The notes under the pieces are model-generated. The model was given only the letters and a program-made list of their open reading frames with translations, searched no databases and had not been told where the DNA came from. From assembly GCF_009914755.1 (NCBI RefSeq), contig NC_060938.1: 64,000 nt of DNA; one strand, 5' to 3'. The position numbers and the translations under genes were made by a program. The DNA comes from the human T2T-CHM13v2.0 reference genome, Homo sapiens. Numbering within the stretch: the first letter of the stretch is position 1; each line of letters begins with the position of its first letter. Below are positions 44,270-59,623 of the stretch, piece after piece.

Positions 44270-47200
44270 TGGGCTTTCTATTCTGTTCCAATAATCCATT
44301 CTGTTCCATTCATCTATATGATTAGTTTTACATTAATATCACACTATTGGGATTGCTGTAGCTTTGTAGTATATTTCAAAGTCAGAAAATGTGAGGCCTC
44401 TAACTATTTCTCTTTCTTAGGATTGTTTTGGATATTCAGGGTCCGTTGTGGTTCCATATGGATTTTAGAATTGTCCTTTCTATTTCTCTAAAATTATCAT
44501 TGGAATTTATACAATTCCAAGGGATTACATCAAATCTGTAAATTGCTTTGGCTAGTATTAGAATTTAAAAATATTCTTTGAATTCACAAAAATGAGATGG
44601 CTTTCCATTTATTTGTGTCTTCCTTAATTTCTTTCAGCAATATTTTGCAGTATTCAGTGTACAAGTCTTTCCCCCACCGGCTAAGTTTATTCCAAAGTAT
44701 TTTATTCAGTTTGATGCCATTGCAAATGGATTGTTTTCTTAATTTCCTTTTCAGAATGTTTGCTGTTTGTGTTTTTTTGAATCTTTACTTTGAATCCAGC
44801 AACTTTGCTGAATTAATTTTATTAGTTCTAAGAGCTTTTTGTTGAATCTTTAGGGTTTTTTTAATATATAAGATGATGTTTTCTGGGAATAGAAAAAATT
44901 TTACTTACTTCTCCCTTTCCAATTTGGATGCCTTTATATCTTTTTCTTGCTGAATTATTTTATCTAGGACTTTATGTACTTCATAAAGGTGTCCTTGCCT
45001 TGTTCCTGATCCTGATCTTAGAAGAAGAGATTTCAGTTTTTCTTCATTAATATGGTGTGAAATGTGGGTTTTTACATATGGCCTTTATTCTGTTGGAATA
45101 ATTTCTTTCTATTCCTATTTTTTCAAGTGTTTTTCTAATGAGAGAATGTTGAATTTCATCAAATGATCTTTCTCCATCTACGGAGATGAACACGTTATTT
45201 GAATTATTTTGTTAATGTGGCATATTATATTGATTTGCACATGTTGAACCCTTCTTGCATTCCAGGAACAAATCCATCATAATTATGGTGGATGATACTT
45301 TATAGTGCTGTTGAATTCAATTTACTGGTATTTATTGAGGATTTTGCATCTACATTCATTAGGAATATTTAATTTTTTTTTCTTGTAGCACCATTGTCTG
45401 GCTTTGATATTAGGGTTATACTAGCTTCACAAAAAGAGTTTAGAATAGTTCTTTCTTCTTTAACTTTTTAGGAATGTTTGAGAAATATTGGCATTAATTC
45501 TTCCTTAAATGTTGGCAGAATTCTCTAGTAAAGTCATCTGCACCTGAGATTTTCTTTCTTGGAAGATTTTTGAGTACTAATTTAAACACCTTACTAGCTA
45601 TAGATTTGTTCATATTTTGTATTTCTTTTTGATTCAGTGTTGTTTGTTGTATATTTCTAGTAATTTGATTTTTTTCTAGGTTATCCAATTATTACCATAA
45701 TCATTCACAGCAGTCTCTAATAATCTTTTTTATTTCTGTGGCATCAATTACAATGTCTACTTTTTCATTTTTAATTTTATTTGGTTGAGTCTTTTCTCTT
45801 TTTAATTGCCATATTCCATTGTATAGTAATACCACAGTTTTTTTTAAATCTATTCACTTGCATTGGTTCTTTCTGGTTATAATGAAAATATGTGTGTGAA
45901 AATATCCTTTATTTGCTTAATCTTTATTATTTCCTTCCTTTTGCTGGGTTTGGGCTTGGTTCTTTTTTTTAGTTCCTTGAGTTGTAAAGTTAGGTTGTTT
46001 ATTTGAGATCTTTCTTCTTTTTTAAGGTAGGCATTTATTGCTATAAATTTCCCTCTTTAGTACTGCCTTTGCTGCATTTCTAAGTTTTGCTATGTTGTGT
46101 TTTTTTATTTTTTTGTCAGCTTGTTTTCTAATATTCTTTTTGATTTCTTCTTTGACTCATTGGTTGTTCAATAGTATGTTGTTTAATTTCCATATATTTG
46201 TAAATGTTTCCGTTTTCCTTCTACTATTGAATTTTTGCTTCATCCTACTTTTGGTCAAAACAGGTTCTTGATTTTCTTTGTCTTAATTTTGTTAAGACTC
46301 GCTTTGTGACCTAACATTTGATCTATCCTGGAGAATGTGTCAGGATATGTCACTTTGCCAGATAATTTATATACCTCCATTTTTGAAGGGTTGATATTTG
46401 GAAACTTATTTTCTTCCTTTTATTAGGCCATGTTTCCCTGTTTCCTTGTGTGCCTTTTAATTTTGTGTTGTGATTCTAGGATTTGAAAAAAATAACCACT
46501 TCTCCTTGTCTTTACAGACTGGTTTTGCACTGGGAAATCCTTTCACCAGTCAGCCCAGTTAGAGATTCTGAAGTGTGTCAAATCTTTCTGTGAATGTATT
46601 GTCTCTGAAATTGTGTGTAAATTCTGAGAAAAATTTGCAGGTCTTTCTTCAGGAGCATGTAATCTCTTGCTCTCTTTGTTATCTATCTGTAGTACTGTAG
46701 GTTATCTGGAGTTGCTATAACCCCCTAGCTCTCTTTTGTTCTCAGCAGTCCTCAGACATGAAGAGTATCCGGTCAGACAGAAAACAGTCCATCAGGCTGA
46801 CTGGGAAAAGTTGAAATTCTGGATGCACACTCCAGCTTTTTCCTTCTCCAAGGGGAAGCCAGGAGATGAGGGTTTTATCCCACTCATTGCATATTGATCC
46901 AGGGAAGGATGATATGATAAGTGAATGTATGCTAACCCAAACTTCCTCAACTCATTTATTCTTAATATCCCCAACCTGGAAAGCTTTCCTATTAACGCTT
47001 AAATTCAGGCAAGACAGAAAACAATCACTTGGCAACTCCCCCAAAATCTGAACACTGAATGTGTGTTGCAGTATTCTCTTTCACTTCTGTGGGGGAATCA
47101 GGAACTGTAGAGTATTCTCCCAATCTTGTTATACTGAGTCACAGGAGGAATGATGGTGATTGAGTGACAGTCCAAACTGTGGCTTTATCAGCAGGCATGC

Positions 47201-48515
47201 AATTTGGCATCCTTTCCTGTTAGCACTTAGATTCAGGGTAGATAGGTGCTAGTGCCCTCCCAAAAAGTCAAAATGTTGGACATATGTTCTAGACTTTTCT
47301 TTCTCTCCCTAGAGATGAGCTGGGAGTTTGGAGCTTTCTCTCCATTGCGTTGTACTGCTGAAGGAGGATGAGTGAGTGCAACAAATTTACCTGCTGGTTT
47401 TGATGTGCCTGGCTTGAAGCCTACCAGGGAATCCAGAGTCTTTAAATTCTCCTCTGAACTTTTCACAAAGGGGATTTATCTGTGTATTATCGTCTAGCTG
47501 GTGTCTCCTTGGAGAGGAGGGTGGAGTGGCTTTGAGGCTTTCTATTTCATCATCTTGCTGGTATCCTGATGGGAATTTTAAACTGGGCTCCTTTCCCCAC
47601 ATTGTTGGAGAATGGATCCTGGGTGATTATAGGTACTCATGAAATACTGGATAAATTATTATTTATCATTTACTTACAAAAACTTAAAATTTTTATTATG
47701 GGAAATAAGTTTTTAATCACTATTAAAGTTTGTTTGAAGCACTAATTCATTACTGTGAAAAGTGGGGAGGGGTATAAACGTCAAGCATTTGTCTACTTAT
47801 CTTGTTTTTCCTGTCCAAACTGTGTTTTGGTGTAATCAATACACATTTGGGAGGAAATGTTCTTTTAGAAATTATTCCAGCTAATAAATGAAGAAAAAAA
47901 TGAAAGAATGTAGTACCCTGTTATAACACCTAGTAAAATAATGGTTGAAACAAGTTTTCTAATGAATGCTAAAGCTATTAGTTGAAAAGTTGATGCAAAA
48001 CTTTACTGTGGAAGAATGTAGCTGACATTAATTTCTTATCTGAATTACATTTTTTGAAACTTCATGACTCTGAATTTAAAAGGGATTTTGGTATCATTAT
48101 TTTTTCTTTTACAGTCTCTTTTTTCACATAAAAATCAACTATTAACTGATTGGTTTTATGGTCTTTTGGAAAGAGACTATATAAATTCTGCTTTTTGTAT
48201 GAAGATCTCTTTTACACCGTCAGAGGAAATTTTATCTCTTGTAAGCTCTGATTTCATCTTTCAATTTTATTTTGAATTTCTTTCTTTGTCTTTTGTTTTA
48301 TCAGCACCTTGTTTAATTTAAAATAGATTCAGTGTCAACAAGGAGTTAAATCAGGAAACTAATTTATCCAGAAATGCAAATATTTTTGCAGATATTTTAT
48401 CCTTTGTTTTAGATCTTTAATATGTAATTTCTAAAAATGAAATATGGACAATTTGCTTGATTTCTGAGCATAGTCATTGAATAATTTTACCAAAATAAGC
48501 AAACATTTTTCGAGC

Positions 48516-48825
<310 letters not shown>

Positions 48826-49076
48826 TGATATAATTAATTACTGATGAAACCTTTTAATATAATGTTAGACAGCCCATTTAAAAATAATCCAGTATAATTA
48901 TTATATTCTTTATATGACTACATTTCACAGTGAAATAACTTAGCACTCTGTATTTATAATGCTTTGAAAATACATATTAGTTGCTGATTTTATATTCCAA
49001 ACAGAAATTATAGGACACCTTATTATATAAACACAAGAATTCAATATCAATTTTCACACTTTAAAACAATAGTCTT

Positions 49077-49371
49077 GGCCCTGTGCGGTGGCTTGCGCCT
49101 GTATTCCCAGCACTTTGGGAAGTCGAGGCAGGTGGATCACGAGGTCAGAAGATTGAGACCATCCTGGCTAACAAGGTGAAACCCCGTCTCTAATAAAAAT
49201 TTTAAAAAAAATAGCCTGGTGTGGTGGCGGGGGCCTGTAGTCCCGCTACTAGAGAGGCTGAGGCAGGAGAATGGCATGAAGCCAGGAGGCTGAGCTCGCA
49301 GTGAGCCGAGATGGCGCCACTGCACTCCAGCCTGGATGACACAGCAAGACTCCGTCTCAAAAAAAAAAAAA
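49077..49371 (+). mobile_element. AluY-like (diverged)
   Basis: GATCACGAGGTCAG...GAGACCATCCTGGCTAAC...GAGAATGGCATGAA; A13 tail. Confidence 0.9.
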
Positions 49372-50549
49372 CTTTTCAATTTTTAAAGTTTTTCTCAAAC
49401 TACCCATCAGAGAAGTTTAACATCTCCATTTACATTTCTATGATGTTATACAGAAATATTTTATTTCTCTCCCCAGAATAATATAGGCAAAATCTCTCCC
49501 TCTGACTATACACACCTGGTATTGTTATTTTAATTGTTTAAGGATTTCTATCTCTTCCTATTCTGAATGATTACTCTCTTTTTGAGCTTTCTTGCAGTAA
49601 CCGTTTTAAATAGTCTCTAGACAACTTTCTAGATTCTAGGATCCACATTAATCTTCCTGCCGTTGCACTTTCTGTCTTCTCCAAGAGTCTAGCTTTTATG
49701 AGAACAAAATAGTCATATCTTCTTTAAAGAAGAGTTTCCAGTGTAAAGACTAAAAGTTTAAGTTAATTGTAAATGAAAGACTCCAGTTAGAGGAGAAAAT
49801 ATTTCATTTTCAGATGACTGTTTCAGAACACAATTACTATATTGAAGACGACTCTCACTATAGCCACATTAATTACGTCTATTTCAATTTAAGGAGACAC
49901 AGCAACAAATCTTACCTCTCTGAAAAGAAATCAAATCTGAAACATGGTGGACAAGTATGAGTCCTGACCAAGAGATTTTCTTGGAAGACATAGATTGACT
50001 TGTAGCAAATGTTATCTGAAGTAGTAAAATCTTACACTTTATTTTTATAGAAAACAGACAATAAAAATCTTTCTAAATTAATGCATAGGTACTTTTGTAA
50101 AAATAACGTAAAAATATCTGATTAACTTAGATACATAAGTTCTTTAAGTTCCAAAATAAAGAATGAGAGAAGTTTATAGTTTGTCTGACTTGTATTCTTT
50201 TTGATCCATAATTAATTCCATAGATAGAATAATTTATAATGTAACTTTAATCATTACAACCTTTGATCAAAAATATACAGATATTCTTAATTTTTCTTCT
50301 CATATTTACTTAAATTATTTTTCATTGCTTTAATATTTCTTTATTCACTTGTCCCACAATAGTTCACTAAGTTTGGTATTTCTTGGTTTTGTAAAAAATT
50401 TCCCAATTCAGCTCCTGAGCACAATTAGTACTCTTCTCTCCTCTTTGTATTCTTTTTAGGTCCAACCCCATGGCTTTCCTTTTGTACTCTCTAGGCCAAG
50501 AATGTTCTTTCTTCTTCCTACCATTTAACCGTTATTCATTTCTCATGGC

Positions 50550-50921
50550 TGTATTAGTCTGCTTTCACACTGTCATAAAAGACTTTCCTGAGACTGGGTA
50601 ATTTATAAAGGAAAAAAGGTTTAATTGACTCACAGTTCTGCATGCTGGAGAGGCCTCAGGAAACTTACCATGATGGTGGGAGGAGAAACAGACACATCTT
50701 CTATGGTGGCAGGCAAGGGAGAAAGTAAGCATGTGAAGGAGGAACTGTCAAACACTTATAAACCCATCAGATCTCTTGAGAACTTAACTCATTATCATGA
50801 GAACAGCATGGGGGAAGCTGCTGCCATGATCCAATCACCTCCCACCAGGTTCCTTCCTTTATATGTGGGGATTACAATTGAAGATGAGATTTGGGTGGGG
50901 ACACAGAGCCAAACCATATCA
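50550..50921 (-). mobile_element. THE1D-like solo LTR
   Basis: TGTATTAGTC...GAGACTGGGTAATTTATAAAG...GGGACACAGAGCCAAACCATATCA; TSD ATGGC at 50545-50549 and 50922-50926. Confidence 0.93.
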
Positions 50922-52390
50922 ATGGCCAAAATAATATATATTTTTCTTTTCTCATCTATTCCTGACTATGTCCTTTCTGAATTTCTTCCATACTTTCAAC
51001 CTGACCCACAAAAGGCAGAGCTTACTCATATTTCTTATCCTGTTATTTAAAAATTAATTTTGCTTGAGTTTGAGAATAATGGTCAATAGGCAGGGGACAA
51101 GCAGGCCATCAACAGCATCCTTTATTTTGGCAGAAATTATTCTGAATCAAACTTACCTTGTCATGGGTATAATTACATGATCTCAAAAAGAATTAAAAAT
51201 CTCTATCACTTGAACCACAGTTTCCCTTAGCATATTTAATATACTTCATTTTTGTCAGCTAACAAATGTTAGCTAATATTTTTACCATCAAGAAGAATAT
51301 CCTTTGGCAAAAGTATCTCTGTTTCCTTAGTACATATTGAGAGAGTTGGACCCCATGGCCTCCCAACTTGCTCAGGAATGGAGAAGCTAGGGTATCCAGA
51401 TAGGTAATCTTCTGTTATGATACTTATATGCTGACTGTACACGGTGTCAAATCTGGGTCTTGACCTAGCAGGCACACATTAACACAACATGAAGGAAGGA
51501 AAAAGTCATTTATGAAACTACAATGGCTGCAGTAGTTATTTGGTAGTCCTCTTTTTAAAAATTTCCTTTTAAGTGAAATGAAAGTTTATAAGTGATCATA
51601 CTGTAAATGATATGACATTTTATAATGTTTTATTACAAAAACTCAAACACTCCAGGAGTGAATTAAATGTAAATTGAAATCTTCCTCTCTCTACAATTCC
51701 ACTTGCCTCATCATTTCCTCTATTCCTTAGAAATCCACCGACAACAATTTAATTAGAACTCAAATACTCTCACTCATAAAACGCATATGTGTACTTTTTT
51801 AAAAGTGAGATTATGCTAATTATGATTTGTAGTGAACTGATATTTCATTTGAAAATACATTGGATATCTTGCCGTCATTTAAAATGACTGTAAAATGTTA
51901 ATTTTTACCAGTATTTTTATAAAACATATCTATTGAAAATTCAAGTCATTACCATCTTTGCATTTTTTTTAAACTTGTATAATGAACAGCTTTGCAAATA
52001 TTAGTTAGCACACTGTTTCAACTATTTAATAGAGATCTAATCTGAGGAGTTCAGAATTTTCAACTCTCTCAGGACCATTCCTTTGGAGTGATTTTGGAAA
52101 TGTAGGTTATTTTTGGTTGTATCGATGATGGAGACATGATGAGCACTTACAAGTAAAGGGTAGAGATCACATGCAGCATGCATTGGGCCAAACAGTGCAT
52201 TGAGACAAACAGTCCTGTATAAGGAAGAATTGCTTCTTATGAAGGCCCAATAGTACCTCTTGGAGAAACATGACAACATGAAGTATTTCACTGTCTACTT
52301 TAAGAAATGTTGCACTGTTTGTGCATTTTACAATAAATATCTATTGATCTTATAATCTGCAAAATTATAATATACTATTATTTAAAGTTC

Positions 52391-52723
52391 TTTTTTGTTT
52401 TGTTTTGTTTTTGTTTGTTTGTTTGTTTTTTTGAGACAGAGTGTTGCTCTGTCACCCAGGCTGGAGTGCAGTGGCACAATCTTGGCTCAATACAACCTCC
52501 ACCTCCCGGGTTTGAGTGATTTCTTGTGCCTCAGTTTCACAAGTAGCTGAGACTACAGGCACATGCCACCATGCCCGGCTAATTTTTGTATTTTTGTGTT
52601 TTTAGTAGAGAAGGGGTTTCACCATATTGGCCAGGCTGGCCATGAACCCCTGTCCTCAAGTGATCCACACACTTTGACCTCCCAAAGTGCTGGGATTACA
52701 GGTGTGAGCTACCATGCCTGGCC
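52391..52723 (-). mobile_element. AluSz-like with (TTTG)n tail
   Basis: Full dimer; TATTATT repeated at both flanks. Confidence 0.93.
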
Positions 52724-52759
52724 TATTATTCTAAGGATTTAATCTTCTCCCATCCCAAC

Positions 52760-55200
52760 AGCAATGGAATTTTTCAATAAATCCAAAAAATTATTTCTTT
52801 GAAAGGACAAACAAATTAGATGACAAAAAAGAGAGAGCCTATTAAAATATAACAAGAAAAATGGAAAACTGGATAACTGAAAATTTCAAAAGAATGTAAT
52901 ATGTACCTTTTGGTCATTATATTTGAAAATATATATGAAGAGGTTAATTTTTTAGGGAAAATTTAACTATAAAAATAAATCTAGAGAAATGAGATCATTT
53001 GAAGATACCAACAATAGAAAAAAATGAAACCGGTGTAAAGTTATAGCACCTTTAAAAGCTCAAGGCCCAGCTGTGTCTCAAGCAGGTCCTCTTAAACTTA
53101 ATGGAAAAGTTAATTCCTGCATTCTTCAAACTATTCTTTTGGTTAATGGGAGCAAAGGAAGCATATCTCTCCCTCCATTTATTTCTTAAAACAACTGAAA
53201 ACCAAAAGAAAAATCAATATAAAAAGAAAAAAAAACTCCACCAACTTTGTTAAAAATAAACACCATTAAAATTATAAACCAAACTTTGAAGACTAGTTGT
53301 TAGTGCCATTACAATTTAGCCTTTCTTCAAAAAATGATGAGAGTAGATGCAGGCACCTGAGCAACTATGGTATGTTAAACACATAGAGAGACTTATTTTC
53401 CCACCTGAAACTATAACATGATGACAAATGGCTTATTCAAGTGATATAAAAAGAAAACAGCAACATTTTTGAAAATAGGAAGTCCATAAATGGCTGGTAA
53501 CTGACTTAGCTTACCAAAAAGTGTAAAATTGTAAGTAGCGGGGAAATCTGATTCTACAAAATGTTCATAAATTGGTTGCACGGGATACCTCTGAAAGTAG
53601 AAGTAAAGGTAGGGCTAAAACCCAGGAAGATTGGTTGAAAGACTGTTTCCAATGTCCACTCCATCAAGCTGCATGAATGCCTCTAGGTTCTGCTGGTGGA
53701 AAAGTAGACATTTGCTGTCTAGAGAGGTAACAAGGAATCTTAGTACTGGCAATATCATCTTCAATGGTCATACATAAATTAGGGGTGCAAAATGAACAGT
53801 AACTACTGAAAGCTAGATCTCCCCAATTTTCACCTCTATCTAGATTCAAAACATAACAGTCTATTAGTCTTATATCCTCAGAGAAGACTGGAAGACTCTA
53901 GTTGGAAGATCATGATCAGCCCAAAGGAATAGACCAGTGGATATGTCATGAGGAGCTTTTCTGGGAAAACTTCTCGACCTGATTGCCCTGTCTGGAAGCC
54001 ACAGTTGACAATTATTACCTAAGAACCTGAAGCTTACCGTAAACATTTATTGTATTGCTCTTGAACGCAAACAGATAACAAACAATCATGAGATTCTAGG
54101 TACAGCCAATAACAAACACAGAAACAAAAAATAAACAAAACAACTGAAAGTAAACAGAGCCTATACAGTGTGGGAAAAAAGTAATTATTAATTTCCTCAG
54201 AGAGGGAAGATAAGATAATACAACAAGAACAAGGTGTGATATAAAATGGATATTCAAAAAAATAGAATTCTTAAAAATTAAGAAATTTATTGCAGAAATA
54301 TATAACTTAATGGGAGATTTGGAAGGTAAAGCTGACTGCATCTGCAGAAAAGTTAGTGTAAACAGAGTTGGGAATGAGAAAGGGAAAGTTTAATGAATTA
54401 AATAATTGGTCCTATAGGGCCAGCAACAAAATACAGGCATTTGGGAAAAGAAAAAAGTACAATGAAGTATGATATATGTAAATAATTTTTTGAAATGGGT
54501 AAGAGTTAAAGTGTATGAATTTCAGATTGAATGTATCCACCAGAATTCAAGCCAGTGGTGAAAATAGACCTAGACCAATGCACACACACACACACACACA
54601 CACACACCAGCACACTCAGGAAAAAAAAAAAAAAAAAGAAGACACTTAAAATTTCCAGAGAAGAGAAATATAAATGGTCACTAGAAAACAAGCAAAGCCT
54701 TATAAATTGAAAAACAAATTATTTCTAATGCAGAATAGTATCTCCAACCAAACTAAATCAGATAGGAGGAAACAATAATAAGCATTTACAGCATGGCAAG
54801 ATTCTAAAACTCTACATCCAATACATCCTATCTCAGGAATTTACTGGAGAAGAGTTTCACTAAAATGAGGAAGTAGATGAAGAAAGAGTAGGGTATAAAG
54901 TACAGGTAATCTCCTGATTATTAGATGTACAGTATGTGTACACAGCAACCTGTGTAAATTAGAGCTATTTAGAAAAAAATTTTCAAAAAGATAAATCTGA
55001 TAAAATGTCTAATGCTTCTGAATGCATTATGAGACTCATTAGAAAACTGGAGTAGAGTTTGGAGTTGGTACTTTGATACATACATAGAAAAATGAAAAAA
55101 ACAAAAATTTTAAAAAATTGTCAGTTTAACGGAAAAAAATGTTGTGTAGACATGAAATTCAATCATTTATGCTCCATGTTTCAGGTGTGAGTAACATTTA
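52760..55200 (+). mobile_element. Ancient L1ME-type fragments (ORF2 piece, then 5'/ORF1 region)
   Basis: AAAGCTCAAGGCCCAG..., TTCAGATTGAA..., AGAATAGTATCTCCAACCAAACTA motifs; contains (CA)n at ~54582-54606. Confidence 0.5.
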
Positions 55201-55220
55201 CCTAATTATAACAGTACTAG

Positions 55221-55470
55221 TGTTACTGGAAAAAGAGGTCCCAATCCACACTTCAAGAGAGGGTTTTTGGGCCTCACACAGGAAAGAATTCAAGGTGAGT
55301 CACAGAGTAAAATGAGAAGAAGACATAGTTTATTGAAAGCTACTGCCTTTTAGAGTAGGGCGTCCTCAGAAAGCAAGCAAAGGAATGCACCCTCTTTGTT
55401 TTCAGTTTTTCTGTTATAGGAGTTTTGTCTATGTAAAGACTACATTGAATTGTCTATGTAAAGACTAAAT
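55221..55470 (-). mobile_element. Truncated ERV1 LTR (LTR15/LTR10/MER61-like)
   Basis: TGTTACTGGAAAAAGAGGTCCCAATCCACACTTCAAGAGAGGGTT...TTTATTGAAAGCTAC...GTAGGGCGTCCTCAGAAAGCAAG; stops abruptly. Confidence 0.7.
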
Positions 55471-56762
55471 TGGAAACAAAATAACAAGAAGAAGGAATTT
55501 ATGCATAATCTTCAAATCATGAGGAGTAAAATTCATACAGGACCTACCGCTTAAAGAGTTTCATAGTGGTTACCAGTAGTCATTTTGTGATGTTTATCGA
55601 TGTGATTCTTGAATGTAAAAAGAACTACATATAAGATTTCATATTCTGAATTAATGTGCAGCATATTATGTTAAATTGTTAACCAATTTAAAAAATTTTT
55701 GAGTTTAAATTAGAAATCTTGTTGTTCTATTTATAAATCTAGTACATTAAAAATTATTTTTAAGGGGGACTTTGATTAATGTTTGGTCCATTTACAACTT
55801 AGTTAATTAAACTCCCTTAAAGATTTTAAACTACATTTACAAATTTAATATGTTGAATTATCTTTATGAACATTTTAATTATCGGACTAACAAATAAAGC
55901 CTTCAGAGTACTTAAACAACCCTTATAGAGCTAATAAATTAAACCCACAAAATCATGAATCTTAAATTATCTTCAATGTTAAACCACTACTGGCAACTCG
56001 GTAAAACCGCTTATAATTTCAACTAAAAAAAAACCCCAATATCTAAAATATTCTGTTACACATTGAAAATTGGAATGTAAAATGCTAATCTATATTTAAA
56101 TACTAATACAATTATAAATAAATATCACATCTCTAAAGTATAAATGTTATAGTTTTCATATACTTCATCATCTCTAAACTTTTTTTCAATGTTTTCCTGG
56201 GATAAAAAAAATCATAAAAACAATTACATTCTCTTAAGCAAATGAGGTTATCACCTCAGTGAGTTGTGGCTATTTTTTCAGGTTGTTTACCTATCAGAGA
56301 TTTTGACTGGAAAATGAGATTTGGAGCTTCAGATACTCAGGGTAATTGTTTTTCCCTCATTAATATGGGAACAAATTCTAACATTGTAAAAGTTATGTTA
56401 ATAGAGATTCCAAGCCCATGAACTCTAAGTGAAATGGCCATGCAATCCGTTTTCTAGATCCATGTTGCCTACATCTTTAGCCTGATTTTAATATCTAACC
56501 TCCCTACTCTGATTGTTTAGGTACTAGATTAAATTCAAAAATCTATTTACTGTATGATTCTTGACAGAGTTCTTTTTATATTCTTCATACCTGGTGAAGT
56601 CATAGCTTTTCTGGATATTTAAATGACATACACATGTATTATTTAATCTCATGTATATATCTGATTCTGTGGTCACATTTCCTAAGGCCAGATAAATGAC
56701 TGTAGCCAGACAGATGTAGGGCTAGGTGTAAAAGGAGATATTCCCACAGATTATATAGTTGC

Positions 56763-57532
56763 TGTGTAGAGAAAACACTCTATGTTTTTCCTCTAGTCTC
56801 ACACCACAAAGATCAATCAGCAACACAGAAGACTTCTGTGACCAAATGTGTGCATTTTTTCCTCCATACCTACACCAAGGAGCAGACACCAGCTGAGTGT
56901 CCTCTAATTCAGTTCTGACACTACACTGTCTACCTGGAGATAGTGTCAGGTCTCACAGGTCAGTCCTCAAGACTGCCCACCCTCAACCTACCAGCCACAA
57001 GCCCAGGCCTCTGAACTTCTGACCTACTGGCTTCAAGTTGGGTTCTCATGACCCCCTCTTTGGGTTTGATTAATTTGTTGGAGTGGCTCACGGAACTCAG
57101 GGAAACACTTACATTTCATGGTGTATTATAAAGGATATTGCAAAGGACATAGATGAAGAGACATTTAGAGCAATGCATGGGGGAAGGGAGCAGAGCTTCC
57201 ATGTCATCCCTGGGTGGGCCACCCTCCAGGAACATCCATGTGTTCAACTGCCCAGAAGATCACTGAACCCTGTCCTCCTGGATTTTCATGGAAGTTTCAT
57301 GATATCAGCATTCCTCCCTCCAGGGTATAGGGTGGGACTCTCTCCTGAGATCGTCTTAAGAGCCACAACCAGAAAGGCAGGAACATAAAAATGAAAAAAG
57401 GCCATGAGAAGGTGAGAAGCCTGCTCCTGAGACCTAACACAGCCAATATTATAACAAAAGATTGTAACAAGAGCTAGGGGAGTTATAAGCCAGGAACTGT
57501 GGATGAAAACCAATATACATCATAACACCACA
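56763..57532 (-). mobile_element. MER21A-like ERVL solo LTR
   Basis: GACTTCTGTGACCAAATGTGTG...GGAACTCAGGGAAACACTTAC...CATAACACCACA; TSD GTTGC at 56758-56762 and 57533-57537. Confidence 0.9.
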
Positions 57533-58780
57533 GTTGCTGAGAAAATATTCATGGAAAATAGACCTAAATTGATACTGCCTGTTGACATAATTTACTTTAC
57601 TGATCTTTTCCTTCACCATTTTAATAAATAGCTCAGACAATAATGAGTCCAATTCAAAAATAATAATAGAAAAGACACCAGCACTGTGCCTGTGTAACAT
57701 ATATTTCATGTTAGAGAAAAGCAACAAAGACAATATAATATTAAAAGACAGAAAAAAATTACATGCCACATTGACTATCATTGAATCACAAAGTGAATAC
57801 AAATTTTTAATGCATTGTTTCATTAAATCAAATTCCCCTTCCCGCACCAATACAACTCCTCTGATGTAAGTGACCTAAAAAGACATAAATAGGTTTTAAA
57901 GCAGATATAAGATAAATGCAATATATGTAGAGTGACTTTAGGGAAAGATAAAAGGAAAAATACCTTTTATCTGAGAAATATATATCACACTAGAAACAGC
58001 AAGAATGAAGAATAGATATTTTCAAAATTTACTCAAATAAATGGGTATAAGAAAAAAATCGAGCAAAACAAAATGGAAAAGAATAAATAGGTAACAAGGG
58101 TAGAACAATATTTATAGTTGTTTGAAGACAGACAAAGCTGACCTGACATGTTACCATGTATATTTTATCCAGTTTTCCAATTTTGTTTTTATTGCTGGAA
58201 GGTTAATTTGGTCAGAGTTATTTCACCATATTAGCAAGTATAATTTTCAAAACTCACACCCCTTACTTTTTGTATCTTATTTTTTATCCTTTTATTACAT
58301 ATTTTATAATATTATATATTCTATACTGAATTATACAGTAAATAAAAAATAAAATATGAACACAACAATTTCATAGAAATGGTGAGTTTTTTTTTTACTT
58401 GAGGCAGAAGTTCATGACTTGAAAATAGAATGATGCAGTAAAGAAATAAACTCAATAACTCATTTTATGGAAAACGTGAAAACAATTTGCAACATTAAAA
58501 TAATTAATCAGAACCTCAATCCAGATTAAGAAGGAATAGAGAACAAATATTCAAATTGGAAGGCAATGAAAATATAATCACAGATATTGATCAAGTAATT
58601 AGATAAGATCATTTTCTTAATTTTACACAAATATATTGGAAACCCTGGATTATATGATTTTTTCCATATGAAAATATAAGTGACCAAAATGACAAGAGTT
58701 ATAAGATCTCAGTATCTTATTAATGCAGAAAAAGATGTTGAAGATATAAAATTCTGAACATTCTCCTCTCAACAAACAGA

Positions 58781-58961
58781 CACCAACTCGTCATCTGGCA
58801 TTAGGTATATCTCCCAATGCTATCCTTCCCACCTACCCCCACCCCACAACAGAAAGTGCACCGGCATGGCACATGTATACATATGTAACTAACCTGCACA
58901 TTGTACACATGTACCCTAAAACTTAAAGTATAATAATAATAAATAAATAAATAAATAAAAA
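58781..58961 (+). mobile_element. Young L1PA 3' end with 5' inversion (twin priming)
   Basis: 58781-58852 is antisense L1 3'UTR (AACTCGTCATCTGGCATTAGGTATATCTCCC...CCCCACAACAG); ~58856-58961 is the sense terminus (GCATGGCACATGTATACATATGTAACTAACC...ACTTAAAGTATAATAA) with (AAAT)n tail. Confidence 0.93.
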
Positions 58962-59623
<662 letters not shown>

